From positions 1-39,732 of the forward strand of contig SXHP01000142.1 in assembly GCA_005773165.1 (NCBI GenBank): a stretch of 39,732 nucleotides of DNA. The letters run 5' to 3'. Positions 8,248-18,186 of this stretch are shown here, piece by piece. This DNA is from Sphingomonadales bacterium. Lineage in GTDB: Bacteria; Pseudomonadota; Alphaproteobacteria; Sphingomonadales; Sphingomonadaceae. Below the pieces are notes generated by a model. That model ran no database searches, had not been told where the DNA came from, and saw nothing but the letters and a program-made list of their open reading frames with translations. The translations under genes and the position numbers were made by a program. Each line of letters opens with the position of its first letter. The first letter of the stretch is position 1.

Positions 8248-10539
8248 TTAGGCAGCGGTCAGCGTGAACGCCCCCCTCACCCCGTCCGCCTCGGCCGAGG
8301 GCGCGACCCACCGGTCGAAGCGGCCGGGTTCGACCGTGGGCTTCAGATCCTGGCCGACGAAGAGGAGGTCGGCGCGGCGAAGGGTGAAGGTCACCTGCTC
8401 GCTCTCGCCCGGCGCAAGCGCGACGCGCTTGAAGGCCTTGAGCTGGCGGACGGGGCGAGTGATGCTCGCCGCGACGTCGCGGACATAGAGCTGGACGACC
8501 TCGACCGCGGCGGCGCGGCCGCGGTTGGTGACGGTGGCGCGGACGGTCAGCGCACCGTCCCAGGCGAGCGTGGCCGTGCCCAGATCGAGCGCGGAGTAGG
8601 CGATGTCGCCGTAGGTGAGGCCGTGGCCGAAGGGAAAGCGCGCGGCGTTGGGGGCTTCGCGGTAATGCGCCTTGTACTCGGGATGCTGCCCCGCGGGCGC
8701 CGGGCGGCCGGTCGGCTTGTGGTCATAATGGTAGGGCTGCTGGCCGCTTTCATGCGGAAAGCTGACCGGGAGCCGCGCGGACGGCCCCTCGACCCCGAAC
8801 AGGATGTCGGCGGTCGCGGGGCCCGCCTCCGAACCAAGGAACCATGTCGCCAGGATCGCGGGCGCGTTCAGCACCGCGCCCGAGAGCGCGAGCGCGCGGC
8901 CGTGGCGCAGGACGACGACCACCGGCTTGCCGACGGCGGCGACCGCCTCGGCAAGCGCTTGTTGCGGCGCAGGGATCACGATCGCGGTGCGCGATTGCGC
9001 CTCGCCCGACATGCGCGCGTGTTCGCCGATCGCGAGCACGACGATGTCGGCGGCGCGCGCGGCGGCGACCGCGGCGTCGATGCCGCCGGCGAGCGGAGCC
9101 TCGACCGCCGATCCGGCGACCGTGGTGACGAGCGACGCGTCGGCGACCGCGGCGCGGACCCCCGTCGCGAGATCGACCGCCTCCGCATCCGTGCCATAGA
9201 CGTTCCACGGCCCGACGAGGTCCTGCTGGCCGCTCGCGAACGGGCCGATCAGCGCGATCCTCTTGCCCGAGCGGGGCAGCGGCAGGAGCGCGCCGTCATT
9301 CTTGAGCATGACGATCGAGCGCCGCCCGGCTTCGCGCGCGAGGCGGAGATTGGCGGGGGTGCGGACGCGGGTCTTCTCGCGGCGCGGATCTATGCGGCGG
9401 AACGGGTCGTCGAACAGCCCGAGCGCGGCCTTGACCGCGAGGACGCGGCGGACCGCCTGGTCGAGCCGCGCGACGGGCACTTCGCCCTTGGTGACGAGAT
9501 CGGGCAGGTGCCGAATGTAGAAGCTGGACTGCATGCTCATGTCGCAGCCCGCCAGGAACGCGAGCTTGGTCGCTTCGCGCGCGTCGGCGGCGAAGCCGTG
9601 CGCGATCAGCTCTTCGTCGCCGGTATAATCGGAGACGACGAGGCCGTCGAAGCGCCACTCGCCACGCAGCACCGTGTCGAGCAGCCAGCGGTTGGCGGTG
9701 GCGGGGATGCCCGACAGTTCATTGAAGGACGCCATCGTCGACAGCGCGCCCGCATCGAACGCGGCCTGGAACGGCGGAAAATAGACCTCGCGCAGCGTTC
9801 GTTCGGACACGTCGACGGTGTTGTAGTCGAGCCCCGCCTCCGCCGCGCCATAGGCGGCAAAGTGCTTGGCGCAGGCCATCACCGCATCGTCGGCCTTCAG
9901 CCCGCGCGTTCCCTGAAACCCCCGCACCCGCGCGGCGGCCATCACGCGGCCGAGCAGCACGTCCTCCCCCGCCCCCTCGACCACGCGACCCCAGCGCTGG
10001 TCGCGGCCGATGTCGACCATGGGTGCGAAGGTCCAGTCGATCCCGGCCGCCGCCGCCTCCACCGCCGCGACGCGCGCGGTGCGCCGGGCGAGCTCGGGGT
10101 CGAAACTGCCCGCCTCGGCGATCGGCATGGGGAACACCGTGCGGAAGCCGTGAATGACGTCGGCGGCGAAGATCAGCGGGATCTTCAGCCGCGATCCGCG
10201 CACCGCCGCGGTCTGCATGCGCCGCGCCATCTCCGCGCCGTTGCCGTTGAACACGCCGGTCAGCCGCCCCGCGCGAACCTCGGCGAGCTGGCCGTCGAAG
10301 CTCGCCGCCGCGCCCGCGGGATTGAGCGACGTCGCGGCGCCCCCCGCCCAGGCGGCGGCGTTGAGGGTCAGCTGGCCCGCCTTCTCCTCCACCGTCATCC
10401 GTGCGATGAGCGACTCGACCGCTGAAGGAAGCGACGCGGGCGCAGCCTGCATCAGAGCGCGGGCGGGATTCGCCAGCCAGGCCGCCGTGGTCGCCGCGCC
10501 CAGCATCACCGCGCGCCGCGAATATGCCTGACCGGTCAT
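8248..10539 (-). CDS. GH3 beta-glucosidase (BglX-like), Tat-exported
   Basis: SRRAVM twin-arginine signal, DVIHG, RWGRVVEGAGED, KHFAAYG, VVSDY nucleophile, SGEAQSR acid/base, C-terminal FnIII-like domain. Confidence 0.93.
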   Translation of the reverse strand: MTGQAYSRRAVMLGAATTAAWLANPARALMQAAPASLPSAVESLIARMTVEEKAGQLTLNAAAWAGGAATSLNPAGAAASFDGQLAEVRAGRLTGVFNGNGAEMARRMQTAAVRGSRLKIPLIFAADVIHGFRTVFPMPIAEAGSFDPELARRTARVAAVEAAAAGIDWTFAPMVDIGRDQRWGRVVEGAGEDVLLGRVMAAARVRGFQGTRGLKADDAVMACAKHFAAYGAAEAGLDYNTVDVSERTLREVYFPPFQAAFDAGALSTMASFNELSGIPATANRWLLDTVLRGEWRFDGLVVSDYTGDEELIAHGFAADAREATKLAFLAGCDMSMQSSFYIRHLPDLVTKGEVPVARLDQAVRRVLAVKAALGLFDDPFRRIDPRREKTRVRTPANLRLAREAGRRSIVMLKNDGALLPLPRSGKRIALIGPFASGQQDLVGPWNVYGTDAEAVDLATGVRAAVADASLVTTVAGSAVEAPLAGGIDAAVAAARAADIVVLAIGEHARMSGEAQSRTAIVIPAPQQALAEAVAAVGKPVVVVLRHGRALALSGAVLNAPAILATWFLGSEAGPATADILFGVEGPSARLPVSFPHESGQQPYHYDHKPTGRPAPAGQHPEYKAHYREAPNAARFPFGHGLTYGDIAYSALDLGTATLAWDGALTVRATVTNRGRAAAVEVVQLYVRDVAASITRPVRQLKAFKRVALAPGESEQVTFTLRRADLLFVGQDLKPTVEPGRFDRWVAPSAEADGVRGAFTLTAA

Positions 10540-10609
10540 GCCCTTCTCCTCGTCCCGTGCTCACGACGATGGCGCTTTCCGCCGCGTCTTGAACATGGGT
10601 TGTGGATGA

Positions 10610-10623
10610 TGTAACCGGTTACA
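10610..10623. promoter_or_regulatory. LacI-family operator
   Basis: Perfect 14-bp palindrome TGTAACCGGTTACA with central CG, in the divergent GH3/LacI intergenic region. Confidence 0.85.
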
Positions 10624-10684
10624 GCAAGATGCGATCGGCGGGCGAAGCACCTGACGACGGACGGGAGGGAGTTGTGAGCCGGGC

Positions 10685-11722
10685 ATGCCCAATGTCACCA
10701 TCCGGGACGTGGCGCGCGAAGCGGCGGTGTCCGTCGCATCGGTGTCGCGGGTGATGAACGGCATGGGCAACGTCACCCCCGCGCTGCGCCGCCGGGTCGA
10801 GACCGCCGCCGCCGCGCTCGGCTATGTTCCGCATGCCGGAGCGCGCAACCTCAGCCTGGCGCGCGCCAACGCGATCGGTGTGGTGCTGCCCGACATCCAC
10901 GGCGAGTTCTTCTCCGAGGTGCTGCGCGGCATGGACCGGGAAGCGTCGGATCGCGGGCTGCAACTGCTCCTCTCCAACATGCACGCGGACGCCGACCTCG
11001 CGGTCCAGGCGCTGCGGACGATGCGCGGGCGGGTCGACGGAATGGTCGTCATGGCCCCCCACGTCGACCCCGACCAGCTCTTTGCGCAACTGCCGCCCGG
11101 AGTGCCCGTGGTGCTGGTCAATTGCGCGCCCCACCATGACAAGCGGCCCGAGATCCGCACCGACAATGCCGGCGGCGCGATCGCGATGGTCGACCATCTG
11201 GTCGCGGTGGGGCGGCGTCGGATCGTTCATGTGTCGGGGCCCCAGGGCAACATCGAGGCGGCGGAGCGGGCGCAGGGCTACAGCGCCGCGATGGCGCGCC
11301 ACGGCCTTTCGCCGCGGATCATCCCGGGCACCTTCATGGAGGAATCGGGCGCAGAGGCGGCCGAGGTGCTGCTGCGCGACCTTCAGGCGGTCGATGCGGT
11401 GTTCGCGGCCAATGACATGATGGCGATCGGCGCGCTGATGGCGTTCCGTCGCGCGGGCGTGACGGTGCCGGACCGGGTGGCGGTCGCGGGCTTCGACGAC
11501 ATTCCGCTCGCCCGACTCGTCTCGCCCAGCCTCACCACCATTCGCGCGGGCATCGCAGGCGTAGGGGCGCGCGCGATCGCCCGGCTCGCCGCCGCGATCG
11601 CGGGCGACGCGGACGACACCGTCGAGCTCTCGATACCCGAATTAGTGCCGCGTGAGACGACCGCCCTGACCGACCGACAACAAGCCCGGATCACGGGCCA
11701 ACAAAGGGGAACACGATCATGA
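10685..11722 (+). CDS. LacI-family transcriptional regulator
   Basis: VTIRDVAREAAVSVASVSRVMN HTH, hinge ARNL, FAANDMMAIG, VAGFDD. Confidence 0.95.
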   Translation: MPNVTIRDVAREAAVSVASVSRVMNGMGNVTPALRRRVETAAAALGYVPHAGARNLSLARANAIGVVLPDIHGEFFSEVLRGMDREASDRGLQLLLSNMHADADLAVQALRTMRGRVDGMVVMAPHVDPDQLFAQLPPGVPVVLVNCAPHHDKRPEIRTDNAGGAIAMVDHLVAVGRRRIVHVSGPQGNIEAAERAQGYSAAMARHGLSPRIIPGTFMEESGAEAAEVLLRDLQAVDAVFAANDMMAIGALMAFRRAGVTVPDRVAVAGFDDIPLARLVSPSLTTIRAGIAGVGARAIARLAAAIAGDADDTVELSIPELVPRETTALTDRQQARITGQQRGTRS

Positions 11723-14700
11723 GGACTGCCCAGACGCTCCGCCTGCTGCTGGCGAGCACCGCGCTGGTCGCGGGCGCCGCCGCGCTTGTCGCGCCCGCCG
11801 CGGCGCAGACGACAACCGCCAACGTCCGCGGCCAGGTGCGCGACGCGGCCGGCGCGCCGGTCGCGGGCGCGACGGTGGTCGCGGTCAACGTCGGCACCAA
11901 CCAGACGTTTCGCGCCACGACCGACGCATCGGGCGCGTATGTGCTGAACGGCCTGCGGCCCGCGGGTTATGACGTGACCATCACCGGGCCGAACGGCGAA
12001 ACCTTTTCCGAGCGGGTGACGGTGGCGATCGGCCAGTCCGCGACGCTCGACGCGACGCTCGGAGCGGCGGCGGCCACGACGACCGATGCGACCGCGGTGG
12101 AGACCGCGGATGCGGTGCAGGGCGACGACATCGTCGTCACCGGCGCGCGCCTGATCGAGACGCGGACCAGCGAGATCGCGACCAACGTCAGCCAGCAGCA
12201 GATCCGCACCCTGCCCCAATCGGACCGCAACTTCCTGACCTTCGCCGCGCTCGCGCCAGGCGTCCGCTACAACGACAGCGAGACCGACAAGAGCTTCACC
12301 TCGGGCGCGTCGACCGCAAGCCAGGTCAACGTCTTCATCGACGGCGTGAGCTTCAAGAACAAGCTGCGCGAGGGCGGCGTCGCCGGGCAGCAGAACAGCC
12401 GCGGCAATCCGTTCGGTCAGATCGCCGTGCAGGAGTTCCGCGTCCTCACGCAGAACTACAAGGCCGAGTACGAGCAGGCGGGCGCGGCGATCATCACGTC
12501 GGTGACTAAGTCGGGCACCAACAAGTTCCACGGCGAAGTGTTTGGCCAGTATACCGATCGCTCGCTCAGCTCCAACAGCTTCACCAACGAGCGCAACGGC
12601 ATCCGCAAACCGGAGTTCGAGCGCAAGCAATACGGCGCGTCGCTCGGCGGGCCGATCATCAAGGACAAGTTGTTCTTCTTCGCCGCATATGAAGGCAACG
12701 ACCAGAACCGCGCGCTCAACGTCGACGTCACCGCTTCGGCGTCGCAGGTCGCGGCGTTCGAGGCGGCGACCGGACGGCGCGTCGCCGATTTCGAAGGCGC
12801 GTTTGTCAGCCCGTTCCGTGGCGACTTCTATTTCGGCAAACTGACGCTGACTCCCGACAGCAATCAGGTGTTCGACCTGTCGTTCAGCCGTCGCGATGAG
12901 ACCGACATCCAGAATTTCGGCGGCAACCGCACGTTTGAATATGCCGAGAACAAGAAGAACAGGGTCGACACCTACCTGTTCAAATGGACCTATACCGGCC
13001 AGACGTTCGTCAACGAATTCAACGCCAATTACGTCAACTACGCCTTCACGCCGACGTCGCTCAACCCGGACTCGCCCAGCTTCATCTACGATCCGGTAAT
13101 CATCCTGGGCGGGTACAACGCTTCACGCCGCGAGATCCAGAAGAGCTACAGCATCCGCGACGACTTCACCTATACCGGGCTGGACCGCCATGTGTTCAAG
13201 ATCGGCGCGCGGGTCGAGGTGACCGACATCGAGTTCAACAGCCAGTCGTTCCTGCAGCCGCAATATACGTTCCGCATCGATCAGGCCGGGACGCCCAACA
13301 CCACCGCCGACGACACCGACTTCACCTTCCCGGCCGAAGCCCGGCTGGGACTTGGGTCGGGGCGCGTCTACGGCTCCAACACGCTGATCGGGCTGTACCT
13401 CCAGGACGATTGGGACGTCACCGACCGGCTGCAGGTCAACCTGGGCCTGCGCTGGGATTATGAGACCAACGGCTTCAACAACAATTATCGCACGCCGGGG
13501 CCCGCAGCCTCCGCCCTGCGCGCGCTGCCGGCGACCTTCTACTTCGACCCCGAGGATTACATCACCGACGGGACCGAGCGTAAGCCCTACGCCAAGGCGT
13601 TCGCGCCGCGGGTCGGGTTCTCCTGGGACATCAAGGACGACGGCTCGACGGTGATCTTCGGTGGCGCGGGCCGGTATTACGACCGCAACACGTTCAGCAA
13701 CTCGGTCGACGAGCTGAGCCGCACGATCAACCCGATCGGCGTCTTCCGCTTTTCGCGCACCGGAACGCCGCGCAACGGCCTGCCGACAACGGTGTTCAAC
13801 CAATCGTATCTGACCCGCGAGGGGCTGCTGGCGCTGGTCGCCAGTTCGCGCACCGAAGGTTTGCCCGAGCTCTTCGCGGTGCCGGAGAACGCGAAGCCGC
13901 CGGTCAACGACCAGTTCTCGCTGGGGGTGCGCCAGCGCGCAGGGATCTTCCAGGCGTCGTTGACCGCTTCCTATCAGCGCGGACGCAACGGCTACACCAA
14001 TCTGTTCGCGACCCGGCAGAACAACGGCTTAGGCAATTGCTGCAACACCGCGCCGGTGGTGCCGTTCGGCTACGCCAACGTGCTGATCGGTTATGACGGG
14101 CTCGATACCCGGTACAAGGCGATCTATTTCACGCTCGACAAGGTCTATACCGAGGCGAGCGGCTGGGGCTTCAACCTCGCCTATACGCTGTCCAAATCGG
14201 AGCAGAACGGCAACGATCTGTTCAGCCTCGACGGGCTGACGCCCGACAATTACGGCTTCCGCAACCGCGCAGGCGACGAGCGGCACCGGCTGGTGCTGTC
14301 GGGGATCCTGGACCTGCCGCTCGGCTTCCAGTTCTCGACGCTGACCACGCTGGGAAGCGGGCAGGCGTATCAGGTGACCGATGCCTCGGCGGGGTTCGAC
14401 ACCGGCAAGCTGGCGTTCACGGCGGCCTATCCTGAGAAGAACTGCATCGGTGGCGTCTTCGCCTATTGTGAGGTCAATTTGACGCTGGCGAACAAGGTCA
14501 GGATCTTCGACGACCACGAAGTCAATGTGGCGGTCGACCTGTTGAATGCGTTCAACAACAAGAATCCGGCCGGGTTCGACGGCTTCATCAACCGGTCGAA
14601 CACGCCGCCGGACCTGCTCGATCCCGCCAATTCGACCACCGCGTCGAGTTCACTGACGCTGCCCCGGCGCATTCAGTTCCGCCTCGGCTATCGCTTCTGA
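11719..14700 (+). CDS. TonB-dependent receptor (Oar-like, with N-terminal carboxypeptidase-regulatory-like domain)
   Basis: Signal peptide, NVRGQVRDAAGAPVAGATV domain, DIVVTG, TKSGTNKFHG, LGLRWDY, C-terminal GYRF. Confidence 0.93.
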   Translation: MRTAQTLRLLLASTALVAGAAALVAPAAAQTTTANVRGQVRDAAGAPVAGATVVAVNVGTNQTFRATTDASGAYVLNGLRPAGYDVTITGPNGETFSERVTVAIGQSATLDATLGAAAATTTDATAVETADAVQGDDIVVTGARLIETRTSEIATNVSQQQIRTLPQSDRNFLTFAALAPGVRYNDSETDKSFTSGASTASQVNVFIDGVSFKNKLREGGVAGQQNSRGNPFGQIAVQEFRVLTQNYKAEYEQAGAAIITSVTKSGTNKFHGEVFGQYTDRSLSSNSFTNERNGIRKPEFERKQYGASLGGPIIKDKLFFFAAYEGNDQNRALNVDVTASASQVAAFEAATGRRVADFEGAFVSPFRGDFYFGKLTLTPDSNQVFDLSFSRRDETDIQNFGGNRTFEYAENKKNRVDTYLFKWTYTGQTFVNEFNANYVNYAFTPTSLNPDSPSFIYDPVIILGGYNASRREIQKSYSIRDDFTYTGLDRHVFKIGARVEVTDIEFNSQSFLQPQYTFRIDQAGTPNTTADDTDFTFPAEARLGLGSGRVYGSNTLIGLYLQDDWDVTDRLQVNLGLRWDYETNGFNNNYRTPGPAASALRALPATFYFDPEDYITDGTERKPYAKAFAPRVGFSWDIKDDGSTVIFGGAGRYYDRNTFSNSVDELSRTINPIGVFRFSRTGTPRNGLPTTVFNQSYLTREGLLALVASSRTEGLPELFAVPENAKPPVNDQFSLGVRQRAGIFQASLTASYQRGRNGYTNLFATRQNNGLGNCCNTAPVVPFGYANVLIGYDGLDTRYKAIYFTLDKVYTEASGWGFNLAYTLSKSEQNGNDLFSLDGLTPDNYGFRNRAGDERHRLVLSGILDLPLGFQFSTLTTLGSGQAYQVTDASAGFDTGKLAFTAAYPEKNCIGGVFAYCEVNLTLANKVRIFDDHEVNVAVDLLNAFNNKNPAGFDGFINRSNTPPDLLDPANSTTASSSLTLPRRIQFRLGYRF

Positions 14701-14711
14701 TCTCTCCTGTC

Positions 14712-14750
14712 GGGGCGGATGGTGCGAACGCATCCTCCGCCCCTTTCTTT
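14712..14750 (+). terminator. Stem-loop with U-rich tail between the TBDR and GH144 genes
   Basis: GGGGCGGA..GTGCG-AA-CGCAT..TCCGCCCC followed by TTTCTTT. Confidence 0.65.
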
Positions 14751-14752
14751 AG

Positions 14753-16147
14753 ATGGATGCGCCCATGCTCGATCGCCGTGCTTTTCTCGGGACGAGCGGC
14801 TTGGCGTTGGTGGGGACCGCCGCCGGAGCGGGGCTCAGGCCGGGCCTTATCGGCGACATCCAGCGGCGGACGTTCGACTACTTCCGTGACACCACCGATC
14901 CACGGACCGGGCTCGCGCCCGACCGCTGGCCGACCAAGTCGTTCGCCTCCATCGCCGCGGTCGGCTTCGCGCTGACCGCCTGGCCGATCGGGGTCCACAA
15001 CGGCTGGATGACGCGGGCGGAGGCGCGGACGCGGACCCTGCGCTGCCTCCAATTCTTCGCCGGCTCGCCGCAGGGTCCCGCGGCGACGGGGGTGAGCGGG
15101 TACAAGGGCTTCTTCTACCATTTCCTCGACATGGCGACCGGCCAACGGTTCGGACGGACCGAGCTGTCGACGATCGACACGACGCTGCTGCTCGGCGGCG
15201 TGCTGTTCGCGCAAACGTGGTTCGATCGCGACGACCCGGAGGAGCGCCGCATCCGCGCGCTGGCCGAAGGGCTGTACCGCGCCGTCGAATGGGACTGGAT
15301 CGTGCCGCGCGGCACCTTTGTCGGCATGGGCTGGCACCCGGAAACGGGGTTCATCAAGTCGGATTGGGCGATCTACGACGAGGCGCTGCTGCTGCAGATT
15401 CTGGCGCTCGCCTCCCCCACCTACCCGCTGCCGCCGACCTTGTGGCCCGCGCTGACCGATCGCTATGCGCGATCGTGGACCGACCGCTACGGCCCCGCGC
15501 ACCTGCATTTCGGACCGATGTTCGGGCACCAGTACAGCCATATGTTCGTCGACTTCCTCGGCATCCGCGAGCCGTTCATCGCGAGCAAGGGGATCGACTA
15601 TTTCGAGAACAGCCGCCGTGCGACGTACGCCCAGCGGCGCTACGCCATCACTAACCCGGGTCGATGGAAAGGCTATTCGGCCGACTGCTGGGGGCTGACC
15701 GCGTGCGACGGACCCGGCGACTTCAAGCAGATGATCGACGGGCGTGAGCGGGAGTTCTTCTCCTATTCCGCACGGGGGCCGGGCGATCGCGACGACGGGA
15801 CCATCGCGCCGACAGCGGCGATCGGATCTATCGCTTTCGCGCCCGAGATCGTGCTGCCGGCGACTCGTGCGATGCACGCGCGCTACGGCCGCGGCATCTA
15901 TGGCCGATACGGGTTTTGGGACTCGTTCAATCCGACGCTGACCGCCACGGCCGAGCCGCTCCGGCACGGCCGGATCGTGCCCGGCGTCGGCTGGGTCGAC
16001 GGGGACCATATCGGGATCGATCAGGGACCGATCCTCGGCGGCATCGAGAATTGGCGCACGGGCCTGATCTGGCGGACGATGCGGCGCAATCCGCATATCC
16101 GCCGGGGACTGGAGCGGGCTGGATTCAAGGGCGGCTGGCTGGGGTGA
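14753..16147 (+). CDS. GH144-type endo-beta-1,2-glucanase ('glucoamylase family'), Tat-exported
   Basis: DRRAFL Tat signal, SIAAVGFALT, KGFFYHF, ELSTIDT, YDEA, HQYSH, WGLTACDGP, DDGTIAPTA, GIDQGP, IENWRTG. Alternative start at 14765. Confidence 0.85.
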   Translation: MDAPMLDRRAFLGTSGLALVGTAAGAGLRPGLIGDIQRRTFDYFRDTTDPRTGLAPDRWPTKSFASIAAVGFALTAWPIGVHNGWMTRAEARTRTLRCLQFFAGSPQGPAATGVSGYKGFFYHFLDMATGQRFGRTELSTIDTTLLLGGVLFAQTWFDRDDPEERRIRALAEGLYRAVEWDWIVPRGTFVGMGWHPETGFIKSDWAIYDEALLLQILALASPTYPLPPTLWPALTDRYARSWTDRYGPAHLHFGPMFGHQYSHMFVDFLGIREPFIASKGIDYFENSRRATYAQRRYAITNPGRWKGYSADCWGLTACDGPGDFKQMIDGREREFFSYSARGPGDRDDGTIAPTAAIGSIAFAPEIVLPATRAMHARYGRGIYGRYGFWDSFNPTLTATAEPLRHGRIVPGVGWVDGDHIGIDQGPILGGIENWRTGLIWRTMRRNPHIRRGLERAGFKGGWLG

Positions 16148-16204
16148 ACCCTGCCCGCCGCCAAAGCTCTTTGCGCTGGCGAAACGACCCGTTAGACCCC
16201 TGAC

Positions 16205-17203
16205 ATGATCCCTGCCCCGCTGCTGCTGTACCTCGGCCACAACGCCGATCCGATGGGGATCAAGACGTCGCGAGGGCTCGCGATCTTCGCGCCGGAGAAG
16301 TGCGTCGGCGAGTTCCGCCACGACGATTGTCCGCAGACGCTGGGACTGCCGCGGATGGGAATCGCGGAGGGCGCGGCGGCGGGGGCGCGGACGCTGGTGC
16401 TGGGGATCGCGAACTCGGGCGGGACGATGGAGGCGAGCCTGGTCGAGGACGCGCTCGCCGCGATCGAAGCTGGGATGAACGTCGCGGCGGGGCTCCACCA
16501 GCGGCTGCGCGACCAGCCGCGCCTGGTCGAGGCGGCGCAGGCGAAAGGCGTTGAGCTGTTCGACGTGCGCGAACCGCCCGCGGACCTGCCGGTCGGGAAC
16601 GGACGGCCGCGCAGCGGGCGGCGGGTGCTGACCGTCGGGACCGACTGTTCGGCGGGAAAGATGTATACGACGCTGGCGCTGACCCGGGCGCTGCAGGCGC
16701 GCGGGATCGCGGCCGATTTCCGCGCGACGGGGCAGACGGGCATCCTGATCGCAGGGAGCGGCGTGCCGGTCGACGCGGTGGTCGCCGACTTCATCTCGGG
16801 CGCGATCGAGCAGCTTGCGCCTGCGCGCGAGGACGGCGGGTGGGACGTGATCGAGGGGCAAGGGTCGCTGTCGCACCCGTCGTTCGCGGGGGTGTCGACC
16901 GGGCTGCTCCACGGCGCGCAGCCGGAGGCGCTCGTGCTTTGCCATGTGCTGGGGCGCGAACATATGCGCGGGCTGCCGGGACAGCCGCTGCCGGGGCTCG
17001 CCGAGACGCTGGCGATGAATTTGGCCGTGGCCCGGCTGACTTCGCCGGAGGTGCGCGCGGTCGGCGTCTCGGTGAACACGTCGGCGCTGGACGAGGATGC
17101 GGCGCGGGCCGAGTGCGGCCGACTTGAGGATGAGCTGGCGCTGCCCTGCACCGATCCGATGCGCTTCGGCGTGGAGCGCATCGTCGACCGGCTGCTCGGG
17201 TGA
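16205..17203 (+). CDS. dgcN: DUF1611 protein, DgcN-type D-glutamate N-acetyltransferase
   Basis: VGTDCSAGKMYT, ATGQTG, DAVVADFISGAIE and EGQGSLSHP motifs. Coupled to a dipeptide-epimerase gene. Confidence 0.8.
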   Translation: MIPAPLLLYLGHNADPMGIKTSRGLAIFAPEKCVGEFRHDDCPQTLGLPRMGIAEGAAAGARTLVLGIANSGGTMEASLVEDALAAIEAGMNVAAGLHQRLRDQPRLVEAAQAKGVELFDVREPPADLPVGNGRPRSGRRVLTVGTDCSAGKMYTTLALTRALQARGIAADFRATGQTGILIAGSGVPVDAVVADFISGAIEQLAPAREDGGWDVIEGQGSLSHPSFAGVSTGLLHGAQPEALVLCHVLGREHMRGLPGQPLPGLAETLAMNLAVARLTSPEVRAVGVSVNTSALDEDAARAECGRLEDELALPCTDPMRFGVERIVDRLLG

Positions 17204-18186
17204 GACAGTTAGTCGCGCGCCACGAGCGGTTCGCGCTGCACACGCCGTTCCGCATCTCGCGCGGGGTGAAGGACGCGGCGGACGTGGTGACGGTGACGAT
17301 CCGCGACGGCGACGCGATCGGGCGCGGCGAAGGCGTGCCGTACCCGCGCTACGGCGAGAGCATCGAGGGGGTGCTCGCCGCGGTCGAGGGCGTGCGCGGC
17401 GCGGTCGAGGCGGGGGCGGACCGGCAGGTGCTGCTCGCGTTGCTGCCCGCGGGGTCTGCACGCAATGCTGTCGATTGCGCCTTGTGGGACCTGGAGGCGC
17501 GGCTGGCGGGGCGGAGCGTGTCGGCGATGCTCGGGGGGCCCCTGCCCGACGGCATCACGAGCGCGCTGACGATCGGGATCGACACGCCCGAGGCGATGGC
17601 CGAAGCCGCCGGGCGGGTCGCCTTTGCGCCGCTGATCAAGGTGAAGGTCGACGCCATCGCGCCCGCCGCGCAGCTTCGCGCTGTGCGAGGCGCAGCCCCC
17701 GATGCGGCGCTGATCGTCGATCCCAACGAGAGCTGGAATGCGGGCGTCGCGGCGGCGATGCGGCCGGTGCTGGTCGAGGCGAGGGTCGCGCTGCTCGAGC
17801 AGCCCGCGCCCGCCGATGCGGACGCCTGGCTTGAGGGGTTCGACATGGGTGCGCCGGTTTGCGCCGACGAATCGGTGCATGTCGCGGACGACCTCGATGC
17901 GCTCGGCAAGCGGTACGGCGTGGTCAACGTCAAGCTCGACAAGGCGGGCGGGCTGACCGCGGCGCTGGCGCTGGCGAAGGCGGCGCGCGCGCGGGGCCTG
18001 GGCGTGATGACCGGGTGCATGGTGTCGACCTCCCTGTCGATCGCGCCCGCGATGCACGTGGCGGCGGTGAGCGATTTCGTCGACCTCGACGGACCGTTGT
18101 GGCTCCGCGAGGATCGCGCGGGCGGGGTGCGTGACGAGCGCGGCGTCCTTGCACGCCTCGCCGCCGGCTTCTGGGGAGAGCCGTGA
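17200..18186 (+). CDS. dgcA: Enolase-superfamily L-Ala-D/L-Glu epimerase / N-acetyl-D-Glu racemase (DgcA/YcjG type)
   Basis: FRISRG, YPRYGES, ARNAVDCALWDLEA, KVK, DPNE, EQP, ADES, KLDKAGGLT, GCM, DLDGP. GTGA overlap with dgcN. Confidence 0.85.
   Translation: MRQLVARHERFALHTPFRISRGVKDAADVVTVTIRDGDAIGRGEGVPYPRYGESIEGVLAAVEGVRGAVEAGADRQVLLALLPAGSARNAVDCALWDLEARLAGRSVSAMLGGPLPDGITSALTIGIDTPEAMAEAAGRVAFAPLIKVKVDAIAPAAQLRAVRGAAPDAALIVDPNESWNAGVAAAMRPVLVEARVALLEQPAPADADAWLEGFDMGAPVCADESVHVADDLDALGKRYGVVNVKLDKAGGLTAALALAKAARARGLGVMTGCMVSTSLSIAPAMHVAAVSDFVDLDGPLWLREDRAGGVRDERGVLARLAAGFWGEP

Noticed and set aside
5694-8267. 857-aa plus-strand ORF
   Set aside because: Antisense shadow of the CYP102 gene with no motifs, typical of high-GC DNA.
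8206-10425. 739-aa plus-strand ORF
   Set aside because: Antisense shadow of GH3.
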